Below are positions 37,961 through 47,157 of a DNA stretch of 64,000 nucleotides, one piece after another. Positions within the stretch are counted from its first letter, which is position 1; the number at the start of each line of letters is the position of its first letter. The translations under genes and the position numbers were made by a program. This stretch comes from an uncultured Candidatus Saccharibacteria bacterium (GTDB lineage: Bacteria > Patescibacteriota > Minisyncoccia > Phycocordibacterales > PALSA-1337): assembly GCA_964492835.1 (NCBI GenBank), contig CAZBLC010000002.1, positions 7,375 through 71,374 on the forward strand, in the 5' to 3' direction. The notes beneath the pieces were generated by a model, which saw only the letters and a list, made by a program, of their open reading frames with translations, ran no database searches and was not told the origin of the DNA.

Positions 37961-39490
37961 ATGTCATTAAAATTAGTAGCTTTGTTTTTAAGTATCGCTG
38001 GTATAACCGGTATTGGTATCGGTTATTATCTGCGCCTAATTATCTCTCTAGGTAAGAAAGGGTCAATGGAACTAGAGATTAAGGAAATGCTTCTAACTGC
38101 AAAGGAGGAAGCTAAGAGAATTACAACTGAAGCTGATGTTAAATCAGCTAAGTTTCTTGAAGAAGTTAGAGTTGAATCTAAGGAGAAGGAAGACAAGATA
38201 CAGCAAACTGAGGCTAGATTGATCAAGAAGGAGGATCTTCTAGACAAAAGACAGACTGATATAGACAAAGAGATTGAATCTATCAAGCAAAAGGTGGCTG
38301 AAATCAAGGTAATTAAGGAAAGAGCTGATAAATTGGAGGCTGAGAAGGCTCAGGCCCTAGAGAAAGTTGCCCAAATGACTAATGACGAGGCTAAACAGAC
38401 ACTGTTTAAGAATATTGAGAAGAATGTTAGTGATGATCTACTTGCACGTATTTCTAAACTAGAACAGAGTGGCGAGGAGACACTAGAGAAGAAAGCTCAG
38501 GAGATACTCGCTATTTCAATACAGAGACTAGCTAATTCTGTTAATTCAGATGTAATGTCTACATCTATAGCCATAGCTAGTGATGATATAAAGGGTAAGA
38601 TAATTGGTAAGGAAGGTAGAAATATCAAAGCTTTCGAAAGAGCTACTGGTGTTGAGGTTATCGTTGATGATACTCCAGGTTTCATAACAATCTCTTCTTT
38701 TGACCCAGTTAGACGACATATTGCTAAGGTTGCGCTTGAGGAACTGATTAAAGACGGACGTATACAGCCTGCCAAGATTGAGAAGGTAGTAGATGAGTCT
38801 AAGGCTAATATTAATAAGATAATAAAGGAGAAGGGAGAACAAGCGGTATATGAGTGTGGAGTTATAGGTCTAGACCCTCGTATTGTACTAATACTAGGAA
38901 GACTGCACTTCAGAACAAGTTATGGACAGAATGTTTTACAGCATTCTATAGAGATGAGTCACATAGCTGGAATGATTGCTGAGGAAATAGGGGCTAATGT
39001 TGCTGTAGCTAAAGCTGGTGCCCTTCTACATGACCTAGGTAAAGCTCTAGATCATGAGGTTTCAGGTACACATGTTGAGATTGGTAGAAGAATATTGCAA
39101 AAGTTTGGTGCTAGTGAGGATATTGTGAAAGCAATGCAAGCTCATCATGAGGAATATCCTTATGAAACAGTTGAATCACGTATAGTACAGACTGCTGACG
39201 CTATATCTGGAGCTAGACCTGGAGCTAGACATGATAGTATAGAGAACTATCTAAAGAGACTAGGTGATCTAGAAGCTATTGCTAACAACTTCCCTGGTGT
39301 AGAGAAGTCATATGCCCTACAAGCTGGACGTGAGATACGTATATTCGTGACTCCAGAGAAGGTTACTGATCTTGAAGCGAAGAATATGGCAAGAGATATT
39401 GCACTGAAGATTGAGAAGGATCTTAAATATCCAGGAGAGATTAAGGTAACTATCATACGTGAGACTAGAGTAATTGACTTTGCTAGGTAA
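37961..39490 (+). CDS. rny: ribonuclease Y
   Basis: 509 aa. N-terminal TM, coiled coil, KH domain (…IIGKEGRNIKAFERATGVEVIVDD…), HD domain (…LLHDLGKALDHE…). Confidence 0.9.
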   Translation: MSLKLVALFLSIAGITGIGIGYYLRLIISLGKKGSMELEIKEMLLTAKEEAKRITTEADVKSAKFLEEVRVESKEKEDKIQQTEARLIKKEDLLDKRQTDIDKEIESIKQKVAEIKVIKERADKLEAEKAQALEKVAQMTNDEAKQTLFKNIEKNVSDDLLARISKLEQSGEETLEKKAQEILAISIQRLANSVNSDVMSTSIAIASDDIKGKIIGKEGRNIKAFERATGVEVIVDDTPGFITISSFDPVRRHIAKVALEELIKDGRIQPAKIEKVVDESKANINKIIKEKGEQAVYECGVIGLDPRIVLILGRLHFRTSYGQNVLQHSIEMSHIAGMIAEEIGANVAVAKAGALLHDLGKALDHEVSGTHVEIGRRILQKFGASEDIVKAMQAHHEEYPYETVESRIVQTADAISGARPGARHDSIENYLKRLGDLEAIANNFPGVEKSYALQAGREIRIFVTPEKVTDLEAKNMARDIALKIEKDLKYPGEIKVTIIRETRVIDFAR

Positions 39491-39523
39491 AATAATTTAG
39501 AAATAAAAAAATAGACAAAACAA

Positions 39524-39549
39524 AACCGCATGGCGAACCATGCGGTTTG
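39524..39549. terminator. hairpin terminator at the rny / GC-rich island junction (functional mainly on minus strand)
   Basis: aaaccgcatggcgaaccatgcggttt. On the minus strand it is followed by uuuuguuuugucuauuuuuuu. Only a short U stretch follows on the plus strand. Confidence 0.6.
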
Positions 39550-39558
39550 AGGGTGGCC

Positions 39559-40011
39559 TTACTTTGAGAAGACCACGAACTCATAGGGGGAAATGAAAAT
39601 CTTTCCCCCGATCTTACTAATCGGCAATTCCACCCAATCATACCGCTTTGGATGGTGAGGGTGGGGATCCATGTTCAAAGTTGGCACATGGAGAATCTCA
39701 CTCCGTGCCAAAGTGACACGTGACACCGACCGACGGATCTTGCCTCTGTGCTTGAGACACAGAAGCCGACTTACCGGTGCATCCTTGCGACGACATTCCT
39801 TACGAAACATCTCCTTCGCAAAATTATCCACCTCGCCACTGCCGGCGAATTTGGAATACCCAAGCCCTCGAGCACACGCCCGAATTTGAGCGAGGGTATA
39901 ATACCCTCCTTGAGTATTCCACGGGCACACAGCAATCTGCTCTGTGCCAAACCAAACACTACCAATCGGAAGAACTTCAATCTTCATCTTATGTGATTTC
40001 CAATTTTTCAA
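39559..40011 (-). CDS. hypothetical protein, GC-rich island gene 4
   Basis: 150-aa ORF (internal alternative start MKIEVLP…). About 50% GC against the one-third-GC host. Cys/His-containing. No motif recognised. Confidence 0.35.
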   Translation of the reverse strand: MKNWKSHKMKIEVLPIGSVWFGTEQIAVCPWNTQGGYYTLAQIRACARGLGYSKFAGSGEVDNFAKEMFRKECRRKDAPVSRLLCLKHRGKIRRSVSRVTLARSEILHVPTLNMDPHPHHPKRYDWVELPISKIGGKIFISPYEFVVFSK

Positions 40012-40099
40012 CCGACTCTATGAATCCACAATAATCTTTCAATTATGGACTCAAAAAAGTGAAGGATTTTTGCATCAGAATCCTCCAAAAACTCGAACA

Positions 40100-40954
40100 T
40101 CACCTAGGTTTGACAATCACTCCAGCAAACCCACGAACCGGATCGCCATAAGGTTCACCGACCCGATTTGGGAAAGTGGCCGCCCATGACATAAAATCCT
40201 GCACGATCTTAGGGGCCGTGTGTCCACCGAGAACAATCTTCCTATTGCCTGTCGGCTTTTGTGTCCGATCCTTGTCACAAATATCAGCCACGTAGGACTC
40301 ACCGGACCTAAGAGCTGCCTCTGGCAACTCTTCCACAAATCCAATGGTCCGCAGATCGCGGACTCCGTTATCAAACTTGGGAGCGGACTTGAGTATGGTC
40401 ACCGCCTTCCCAATGATTGCTTCCAGGATCCCAGGATCAGCCTTGTGGGCCAGACTCGGAATCCCTGCGTAGAACGCCACCTTCTCCGAAAGACGATGGA
40501 GACGAATGGCATCCGGGGTCACCATCTGGCACCGGCCAGCGTAAGCGGCGGCTGGACAATGGTCGCTTGCTGCGACCAAGAGTTGATACTCCGTCGGCTT
40601 GAGGCCGAGAAACATCAACAACTGTCCGAGGGATGAACCTTCGAAATACAGTTCAGGCGGAAACCCGAATCCGTAATCCCCAGGATTATGGTGGTCGCAA
40701 CGCGCGACCACCTCGAGCGAACCGGCGCATGCCGGATTGCATTCGAAGATAATGGCTCCGGTCAACTCTTCAGCTAACCCACCATCAACCACAAATCCGT
40801 CAGCCTTGTAGGCAGTGCTGGCCGAAACCAGCTGACCTTGAAATGTCGCCGTGGCGACAATATAGCCGACCGATTCAGCCGCCTTCCGGGCTTCTGCTTC
40901 CTCAACATCAGTCATACCGAAGATGACTACCGTATTTTTAGGTATAGCTTTCAT
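40100..40954 (-). CDS. divergent DHH/DHHA1-like phosphoesterase (island gene 3)
   Basis: 284 aa. FVVDGG (motif II-like Asp), VVARCDHHNPGDYG (DHH motif III) and KIVLGGHTAPK (GGGH-like DHHA1 motif) appear in the canonical order. High GC. Confidence 0.45.
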   Translation of the reverse strand: MKAIPKNTVVIFGMTDVEEAEARKAAESVGYIVATATFQGQLVSASTAYKADGFVVDGGLAEELTGAIIFECNPACAGSLEVVARCDHHNPGDYGFGFPPELYFEGSSLGQLLMFLGLKPTEYQLLVAASDHCPAAAYAGRCQMVTPDAIRLHRLSEKVAFYAGIPSLAHKADPGILEAIIGKAVTILKSAPKFDNGVRDLRTIGFVEELPEAALRSGESYVADICDKDRTQKPTGNRKIVLGGHTAPKIVQDFMSWAATFPNRVGEPYGDPVRGFAGVIVKPR

Positions 40955-41090
40955 CTTTTTTACTTGTCGAGATTTTCCTTTAGATCCACCACATCATGTG
41001 ACAGATCTATTAAGAAACCCGAATTCACGAATCGGGTTCTGGTTTACAACTTAGTAAACCTCGGCGTGTTTAGGTAACACGCGACCATCT

Positions 41091-41579
41091 TTACTTCAGC
41101 CATGAGAGCGTCGTAGCCTCACGGTCAAGTCTTCCGAGAGTTGGGTGGGTGAGGTCGCCTATGCCAAGCTTTGAAAAATAGTTGGCAAATTTTGATACCG
41201 TCCACTCTTCATAATGACTGAACTCCCAGTCATTACAGCAACCGCCACTCATGTCGTCGTAGATCGCGACGGTGCCCTTCTCCTCACCATACTGGGCGAG
41301 GAAAATTTTGTTTTGAGCCTCCAACTTGTCGAGGAATCTCTTCCTCGCAAGAAGCTCGAGATCTGAACCAAGTAGATTCAGACGTTCGTCGTCATCCCAG
41401 ACCAGATCAATGATCTGGCCCACCTCGAGGTGGTAAAGGGTGGTCGAAACAACCCCATGATCTCCACCACCACGAAAGATGTGGACTGCCACGTGTTGGT
41501 AGGCCTCACCCGGAGCGAAGCTCCAGGAGAGAACGCGTCCTTTGACGCGTTGGCCTTTTTTGCTAAAAAACCAAGACAT
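41091..41579 (-). CDS. hypothetical protein, GC-rich island gene 2
   Basis: 162-aa ORF. High GC. No motif recognised. Confidence 0.35.
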   Translation of the reverse strand: MSWFFSKKGQRVKGRVLSWSFAPGEAYQHVAVHIFRGGGDHGVVSTTLYHLEVGQIIDLVWDDDERLNLLGSDLELLARKRFLDKLEAQNKIFLAQYGEEKGTVAIYDDMSGGCCNDWEFSHYEEWTVSKFANYFSKLGIGDLTHPTLGRLDREATTLSWLK

Positions 41580-41887
41580 AATAAATTTTCCTTCTCAGAA
41601 TCACACTTGCACCAACAATAGGTACAATATGCAATCCCTCTTACCCCACCAATGTTTAAGTTTTTTACGCTATCTATATAGTGAGGCGAAGAGGAATAAC
41701 ATTGCAGTTGTCTGTTTACACAGACCATTGTTCTGCGTTCTCCATATTCGCTATTTAGTTATCAAATAACTTTCTGCTTTTCGATCCTTTTGGACCTTCA
41801 TCAGTCGGAATGCACATTCCGAGAAGCAACCCATTCGCTCAATGGGTAGAGTTAAGTTTTCTAGGTTCACCTACAACCTTGCCACGA

Positions 41888-42268
41888 CTAGTAGCTGTGG
41901 AGCTCCCGAAAGCCAGCGAATGAGAAGACGAGCTCCTTCTTCACCGTGCCATCAGACTGGGGAATGTCTTTCGACACTCGAGGGGTCACCGACTCCACCA
42001 GCTTAGCACCGGTCTTACGGCCGATGGCGTTGATGGCAGCGGCCAGCTGTTGCTGGCCCATGCAGTGGAGGGTGTCCCCCTCCTTGATGCCACCGACTGC
42101 GGTGACCACTGCCTCGGCCCGCTGGACGAACCAGTCACGGCTGAGGTTCGCGTCGTCCGGCACCACCAAGAGTTTCTTGTCCTGGAGCTGGACCACCTCG
42201 CCAACCGCCTGAGCGGCAGCGATCTGGTCGGCGGTAGGAGCGTGTTGCATGACAAAGATGAATTTCAT
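41888..42268 (-). CDS. hypothetical Rossmann-like small protein (island gene 1)
   Basis: The track ORF extends to 42451. The likely start is MKFIFVMQHAPTADQ… at 42268, just after the GC transition. The alpha/beta pattern (…KKLLVVPDD…GDTLHCMGQQQLAAAINAIG…) suggests a Rossmann-like or SLOG-like fold. No firm family. Confidence 0.35.
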   Translation of the reverse strand: MKFIFVMQHAPTADQIAAAQAVGEVVQLQDKKLLVVPDDANLSRDWFVQRAEAVVTAVGGIKEGDTLHCMGQQQLAAAINAIGRKTGAKLVESVTPRVSKDIPQSDGTVKKELVFSFAGFRELHSY

Positions 42269-42452
42269 GGCTAAAATGTCAACTATACTCAGGTAGTAAA
42301 GCGTAAGTGCTTCCTTTTCCTTTGTATCTTGTATAATCATAACACAATGAACACATTTGTCAATTGGTGTTATTCGTATTTTCCTTGTTAAATAACAATA
42401 TTCGTAATATACTTGTCTTGTATGCTTAATATTGTCATAACTTTGTAACAAA

Positions 42453-43208
42453 ATGAATGAGAAAGTACTAATAGACTGTGGTTTGAGTTTAGAGCAAGCA
42501 AAAATATATACCTATATAATAACGAATGGTCTTTCTACTGCAAAGGTAATATCATCCATAACCGGTGTAGGTAGAGCGCTAACATACAAGATATTAGATC
42601 AATTAGAGGGTTTTGATCTGGTTGAAAAGAGAGAGGACATTAGTAAGATAGCCCTTTTCTCCCCCAAACACCCAAGAAATCTTAAAAATATGATAGATGA
42701 GAAGAAAAGGGGTCTAGAGCATGCGTATAACGATTTTAATAAAGTATATGGACTTCTCTCTTCAGAGTTCAACGCACTTATTGGAAGACCGAATGTTCAG
42801 TTCTACGACGGAGTCGAGGGTATATCGAAGGTACATGAAGACATATTAGATGTAGCTCAAGACATAATGGTCATAAGTTCACCAATTAAAGAAGGGCGTC
42901 AAGAAGTATTGCATTTAATAAAGGAACAGATTGAAAAGCAGGTCGCAAAGAATATCAAGACTAAAGCCATAGCACCACACTTAGATGGGCAAAAAATTGC
43001 TACACCAATCGAGGAGGACGAAAAGTATCTTATTACTAGAAAGAAGGTTTCTATAGATAAATTGAATATTCCAGCCCAAATTATTCTATATGGCGATAAG
43101 GTATCAATAACAAACTTCAAGGAAAACATTATTACTGTTGTTATAGAGAGTAGACACATAACTGAAACGTTTAGAGTAATGTTCAATTATATTTGGAATC
43201 ACGACTGA
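42453..43208 (+). CDS. TrmB-family HTH transcriptional regulator
   Basis: 251 aa. N-terminal wHTH …LSLEQAKIYTYIITNGLSTAKVISSITGVGRALTYKILDQLEGFDLVEK… is typical of TrmB-type regulators. C-terminal effector-domain-like region. Confidence 0.6.
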   Translation: MNEKVLIDCGLSLEQAKIYTYIITNGLSTAKVISSITGVGRALTYKILDQLEGFDLVEKREDISKIALFSPKHPRNLKNMIDEKKRGLEHAYNDFNKVYGLLSSEFNALIGRPNVQFYDGVEGISKVHEDILDVAQDIMVISSPIKEGRQEVLHLIKEQIEKQVAKNIKTKAIAPHLDGQKIATPIEEDEKYLITRKKVSIDKLNIPAQIILYGDKVSITNFKENIITVVIESRHITETFRVMFNYIWNHD

Positions 43209-43320
43209 TTTTGCTAAAAAATAAATAGTATTGTCTAATTTAACCCCTATTGCGCGAAAAGTGCCTTAATATATAATTATATGGAGGTTAGAAATCATTA
43301 TTAATTAATATTGAATAACT

Positions 43321-43593
43321 ATGAACAAAGCAGGAATTGTAGATGCAGTACACGCAGTACTAGGAGGAACAAAGGTACAAGCTGAACAAGCTGTTGAGAC
43401 TTTGTTAAACTCAATCATCGGATCTCTAAAAAAGGGTGAGGAAGTTTCTATCGCAGGTCTAGGTATCTTCTCAGTAAAGGAAAGAGCAGCTCGTGATGCT
43501 CGTAATCCTCGAACTGGAGAGACAATCAAGGTACCAGCTATGAAGGTGCCTAAGTTCAGAGCTGCTAAAGCTTTGAAGGATGCAGTAAAATAG
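43321..43593 (+). CDS. hup: DNA-binding protein HU
   Basis: 90 aa. MNKAGIVDAV…SLKKGEEVSIAGLGIFSVKERAARDARNPRTGETIKVPAMKVPKFRAAKALKDAV is canonical HU/IHF. Confidence 0.9.
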   Translation: MNKAGIVDAVHAVLGGTKVQAEQAVETLLNSIIGSLKKGEEVSIAGLGIFSVKERAARDARNPRTGETIKVPAMKVPKFRAAKALKDAVK

Positions 43594-43616
43594 AATACGA
43601 GGTATATATAACAAAA

Positions 43617-43640
43617 AGACCGCATAATACGGTCTTTTTG
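43617..43640. terminator. bidirectional rho-independent terminator
   Basis: agaccgcataatacggtct hairpin flanked by A-run and T-run. Sits between convergent hup and the small membrane ORF. Confidence 0.75.
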
Positions 43641-43644
43641 TTTA

Positions 43645-43929
43645 TCACTCCCCTTCCTCACTCTTTGTTAAACTCAAGCTACCATCCTTAGCAATCTTAA
43701 TCTCTACCACTCTGTGTTTATCTACTTCACTAGTAAAAGTGAATATTCTACCCTCTCTAGTCATTGTATAGTTACCAATATCACATCTATTCTCACTAAT
43801 TGAACAGAATTTATCCATTCTATCCATAACCTTATTCAAATTTGACTGGGTATTAAGTCGTATACTAAAAAGTATAACGACAAGGATGATTGTAAGAAAA
43901 ATAAGTGTTCCTCTTAAAAATCCGTTCAT
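43645..43929 (-). CDS. small membrane-anchored hypothetical protein
   Basis: The track ORF 43645-43980 reads into tRNA-Trp. The plausible start is MNGFLRGTLIFLTIILVVILF… at 43929. Single TM. Confidence 0.35.
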   Translation of the reverse strand: MNGFLRGTLIFLTIILVVILFSIRLNTQSNLNKVMDRMDKFCSISENRCDIGNYTMTREGRIFTFTSEVDKHRVVEIKIAKDGSLSLTKSEEGE

Positions 43930-44002
43930 GGTGCGGGACGGGGGAATCGAACCCCCATCTACACATTGGAAGTGTGTCATTTTACCACTAAACTAGTCCC
44001 GC
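43929..44002 (-). tRNA. tRNA-Trp (anticodon CCA), 3' CCA encoded
   Basis: Reverse complement GCGGGAC-TA-GTTT-AGTGGTA-AAAT-G-ACACA-CTTCCAA-TGTGT-AGATG-GGGGG-TTCGATT-CCCCC-GTCCCGC-A-CCA folds as a cloverleaf. The anticodon loop CTTCCAA gives CCA. Confidence 0.85.
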
Positions 44003-44045
44003 TTATATTAAAATTTAAGAACTTTATCTATACTAGCAAGAATTT

Positions 44046-44495
44046 TTAATTTTTGCCACTATTCTCGCCTGTTTGTGGATGATTATGCTTTATCTCCTCC
44101 TTTATCTCATCCATCTCCTTCTTGATATCCAATATTGCTTCTTCTAGAACTACTATCTCCTTTTCTTCTTCTTCTATATCCTTCTTTGTCTTGTCAGCAC
44201 TCTTCTTCTGTTGCTTAAGTCCTGATATTAGGATTGTATCTCCAATGAAGTACGAAACAAACAATCCTGTAGCTAGAAGTATTACTACGGTAATGATCAT
44301 ACTTACTGGTTCATAGAAAAGAAAACCTAGTATTCCCCCTTTAGCTTGTAGTATGTCTGCTGTATGCCATATACCCCTCCAAAACAATACTATGGCCACA
44401 CTACCTATTAGAGTATATACAACCGGGAAACGACTTAAATTCCCTCTTACACCATCTTCAAATTTATCAAAAAAATCTACAACCTTTTTAATCAT
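44046..44495 (-). CDS. hypothetical membrane protein with C-terminal acidic coiled coil
   Basis: 149 aa, two TM segments, E/K-rich tail. Confidence 0.4.
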   Translation of the reverse strand: MIKKVVDFFDKFEDGVRGNLSRFPVVYTLIGSVAIVLFWRGIWHTADILQAKGGILGFLFYEPVSMIITVVILLATGLFVSYFIGDTILISGLKQQKKSADKTKKDIEEEEKEIVVLEEAILDIKKEMDEIKEEIKHNHPQTGENSGKN

Positions 44496-44507
44496 AAATG
44501 TATTATA

Positions 44508-45872
44508 TCATCCCTTTGGATCAAAAATAGAGGGATTAGGGTTTTCTCCAGACAAAATTCTAGAAATTCTGCGTCCTCCATATACAGACGGTATGATTCC
44601 TATACCATTGCAACCCAAGTTGTATAGCAATACCCTATTTTTTGGTTCCGCTCCTATTAATCTAATTCTATTAGGTGTGTAACCCATAAGACCGTGCCAT
44701 GTAAACTCATAGTCAATCTTACGGTTAGGATCAGAATCATATTCTTTCTTAATAAATTGATCTATTTTTGTAGGAATTTCATCTGGATAATCATAATTCC
44801 TCATATACTCAGCTTTATCATCCAGAGCTATCTCTGGTCCTCCCATACATACCAAGTTATGCTTCTTATCGCCATACTCATGAGGTCTTCTGGTTAGATA
44901 CAAGTACTCTGCCTTTGGGTCAGTTGGGTCATAATCATCAGTCCAATATGCTATAGCAGTTGGTGGTTTGTTTATATTCTCTAGATATCCAGACATATAA
45001 CCAACAGTTCCACCAACTAAGTGGTGAAAGTTCTTGTCTATAGCCAATCCACCGTCATTAAATATATCGAAATTCTCAAATCCATTTGTGCACAAAATTA
45101 TCTTACTAGCGTTTATCGTATGCTTTTCCACATCAAGTAGTCCGTGTTTCTCCTTCAGAACTATCTTGTTGACCCTAGTTTCTTCATACAAAGTGAATCT
45201 ATCCTTATACTTTTCCAACAAGAACAGAGCTATCTCCTGACAGAACAAAGCTGAATTCATACATGCCGCATCGTCTGAGTATAGGGCGTGAAAACTTTCA
45301 TCTTTTGTCTCCATCCTCTTTAATATTTCAGACTGTGGAACTAGTCTATACAGATTCTTGTAAATCCTAGGTATTGAATCCACAAAAGGTGCTGTTTCAC
45401 TAACTAAAAAAGTATTTTGATGTATTCCTGATCTAACTTCCATCTCTAAATCTCCAAGAGCCCTCAAGACTTGGTAAAGGTTTGAATATCCTATGTTTCC
45501 CTTAGTCTTAGAGAAGACTATATCAAGCTTTGCATCCTCATACATTTCGTCTATGAGTAACCAAGTTGAATTTAGAGCTTGTATAGCATCTTTTGTCATA
45601 TCAAATCCAAACTCTTTCTCTATATCAACCAATGGTCTTTCGAAACGTGCCACTACTTGTCCGGCATTATGACCTGTTGCACCATGAGCCAATCTTCCCT
45701 GGTCTAATATGACTACCCTTTGCTTAGTATATTTGAGAGTAAAGAAAGCTGTAGATATTCCAGCTATCCCCGCACCGATAATAGCGACATCAGTATCTAA
45801 ATCCTTATTAAGAGAGATAGATTTCCTCTCATGATCTAGTTGATGTATCCACGGTGACTTATTAATTCTCAT
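44508..45872 (-). CDS. FAD-dependent oxidoreductase (DAO family)
   Basis: 454 aa. N-terminal dinucleotide-binding motif DVAIIGAGIAGISTA. …LDQGRLAHGATGHNAGQVV…. Confidence 0.7.
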   Translation of the reverse strand: MRINKSPWIHQLDHERKSISLNKDLDTDVAIIGAGIAGISTAFFTLKYTKQRVVILDQGRLAHGATGHNAGQVVARFERPLVDIEKEFGFDMTKDAIQALNSTWLLIDEMYEDAKLDIVFSKTKGNIGYSNLYQVLRALGDLEMEVRSGIHQNTFLVSETAPFVDSIPRIYKNLYRLVPQSEILKRMETKDESFHALYSDDAACMNSALFCQEIALFLLEKYKDRFTLYEETRVNKIVLKEKHGLLDVEKHTINASKIILCTNGFENFDIFNDGGLAIDKNFHHLVGGTVGYMSGYLENINKPPTAIAYWTDDYDPTDPKAEYLYLTRRPHEYGDKKHNLVCMGGPEIALDDKAEYMRNYDYPDEIPTKIDQFIKKEYDSDPNRKIDYEFTWHGLMGYTPNRIRLIGAEPKNRVLLYNLGCNGIGIIPSVYGGRRISRILSGENPNPSIFDPKG

Positions 45873-45918
45873 AAAAAAACAAATTTTATGAGTAGATTAT
45901 ACCACAAACACTTTATTG

Positions 45919-45991
45919 TCGGAGCGCCGGGATTCGAACCCGGAGTCGCCTCTTCCCAAAAGAGGAATGTTAGCCGTTACACCACGCTCCG
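45919..45991 (-). tRNA. tRNA-Pro (anticodon TGG)
   Basis: Reverse complement CGGAGCG-TG-GTGT-AACGGCTA-ACAT-T-CCTCT-TTTGGGA-AGAGG-CGAC-TCCGG-GTTCGAATC-CCGGC-GCTCCG-A folds as a cloverleaf with the anticodon loop TTTGGGA. No CCA encoded. Confidence 0.8.
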
Positions 45992-46263
45992 ATATAGAGA
46001 TTATACTAGCATATGGATTATATAAAAGCCAAAATAATATAGTTATTGATACGCAAGCACCACTATTAGAGACGTGACCCTTATGTTCTTAAGCATCACA
46101 GGACATGTCCACAATAACAATTCCTATATTTCTACATGGTTATAAACAGACAGTGTTTATAACCTAAAAAGACAAAGGACACGAATATAGGCCATATTTT
46201 GTCTGTCTTATACCCACTATCCCCAATGTTATCCACAGTTTTACATAAAGTACCTACAAAATG

Positions 46264-46334
46264 TGCGGGTAGCGAGACTCGAACTCGCATTTTAACATTG
46301 GCAATGTCATGTTCTGCCCTTAAACTATACCCGC
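46264..46334 (-). tRNA. tRNA-Gly (anticodon GCC)
   Basis: Reverse complement GCGGGTA-TA-GTTT-AAGGGCAGAACA-TGACA-TTGCCAA-TGTTA-AAAT-GCGAG-TTCGAGT-CTCGC-TACCCGC-A. The anticodon loop TTGCCAA gives GCC. Confidence 0.8.
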
Positions 46335-47021
46335 AATGTAATTTTCCTGACTTAATTCGATAGCAAGCATCTCAATCCACTTCATAATCTTGCATTTTAA
46401 GTATGCACTAGAAACTCCAACACTGCAAACTCCGTATGATAATCTTCGAGTCTTGTGTTTGCCCAGTATAACCATACTCTTATTGAAATCCTCCGGTTTT
46501 AAGCCAGCATTATTAATCCAGTATTCTTTACACTTATCCTCATCTAAATCAGGATACAAAAGCAACCAAGCCTTCATCTTAGGACCTTCAAAACCACAAA
46601 TATTCTTTAAGAAACTCAAGAATAGCTTGATCATCAAAGGCTCAGTATTAGCAACACAACAATTGCTTTTAGAACTTTTATTACCCTCTCCCCAATAGAT
46701 CATTAAGCCAGATATAAACAGAGGGTGATACTTCAACAGATCAAACTCTTCAATCGCTTCCTTTCTAGCCTGCTCGTATAGTTGTTTAAGGTTATCACCT
46801 CTTATCTTATTAAGTCTCTGTATACGAACAATATGTGACTTCTTTGCCCTTTCTGAGAGTTTTTTAGATAGATCATTTGACCAATTCTGGTTTCTAAACC
46901 AGTCAGAAAGCGTGCTTTTAGGAACTCCTAATTCCGAAGCTATCTGATTATAGCTCTTTCCATCTCTTCTAAGTGATATAGCTTGTTCCTTATCTTTACG
47001 CATATGTGTAAAGTATATCAC
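46320..47021 (-). CDS. HTH + LAGLIDADG-like putative homing-endonuclease-family protein (copy B)
   Basis: 233 aa. N-terminal HTH (…ISLRRDGKSYNQIASELGVPKSTLSDWF…). Central …LFISGLMIYWGEGNKS… resembles a single LAGLIDADG helix with conserved acidic Glu before Gly. Paralog of 47158-47835. The last five codons and the stop lie inside the tRNA-Gly 5' region. Confidence 0.45.
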   Translation of the reverse strand: MIYFTHMRKDKEQAISLRRDGKSYNQIASELGVPKSTLSDWFRNQNWSNDLSKKLSERAKKSHIVRIQRLNKIRGDNLKQLYEQARKEAIEEFDLLKYHPLFISGLMIYWGEGNKSSKSNCCVANTEPLMIKLFLSFLKNICGFEGPKMKAWLLLYPDLDEDKCKEYWINNAGLKPEDFNKSMVILGKHKTRRLSYGVCSVGVSSAYLKCKIMKWIEMLAIELSQENYIAGIV

Positions 47022-47079
47022 ACGAGTTCGGTAAGCAAAAGTTAGAAATCTTATGTCTAATTTTTAAAGTATATCTTTG

Positions 47080-47151
47080 TGCACCCGGAGGGACTCGAAC
47101 CCCCAATAAATGCTTCGAAGGCACTTGTGATATCCATTTCACTACGGGTGC
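47080..47151 (-). tRNA. tRNA-Arg (anticodon TCG)
   Basis: Reverse complement GCACCCG-TA-GTGA-AATGGATA-TCAC-A-AGTGC-CTTCGAA-GCATT-TATTG-GGGGG-TTCGAGT-CCCTC-CGGGTGC-A. The anticodon loop CTTCGAA gives TCG. Confidence 0.75.
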
Positions 47152-47157
47152 GAACAT

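Noticed and set aside
39671-40189. Several 70-85-aa plus-strand ORFs inside the GC-rich island
   Set aside because: High GC lowers stop-codon frequency, so spurious ORFs are expected. They overlap one another and lie within the longer minus-strand ORFs.
41946-42274. Overlapping 74-89-aa ORFs on both strands in the island, Arg/Ser/Trp-rich
   Set aside because: Their composition is typical of antisense or frameshifted translation of GC-rich coding sequence. Keeping the single minus-strand ORF is the more economical interpretation.
43645-43929. secE downstream of tRNA-Trp (classic tRNA-Trp-secE-nusG arrangement)
   Set aside because: The small protein has its single TM at the N-terminus followed by a long soluble tail. 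That is the opposite of SecE topology. No nusG follows.
43645-43980. Track ORF extension MTHFQCVDGGSIPPSRT at the N-terminus of the small membrane protein
   Set aside because: These codons are the reverse complement of tRNA-Trp (T-arm and acceptor). Translation almost certainly starts at the Met just downstream of the tRNA.
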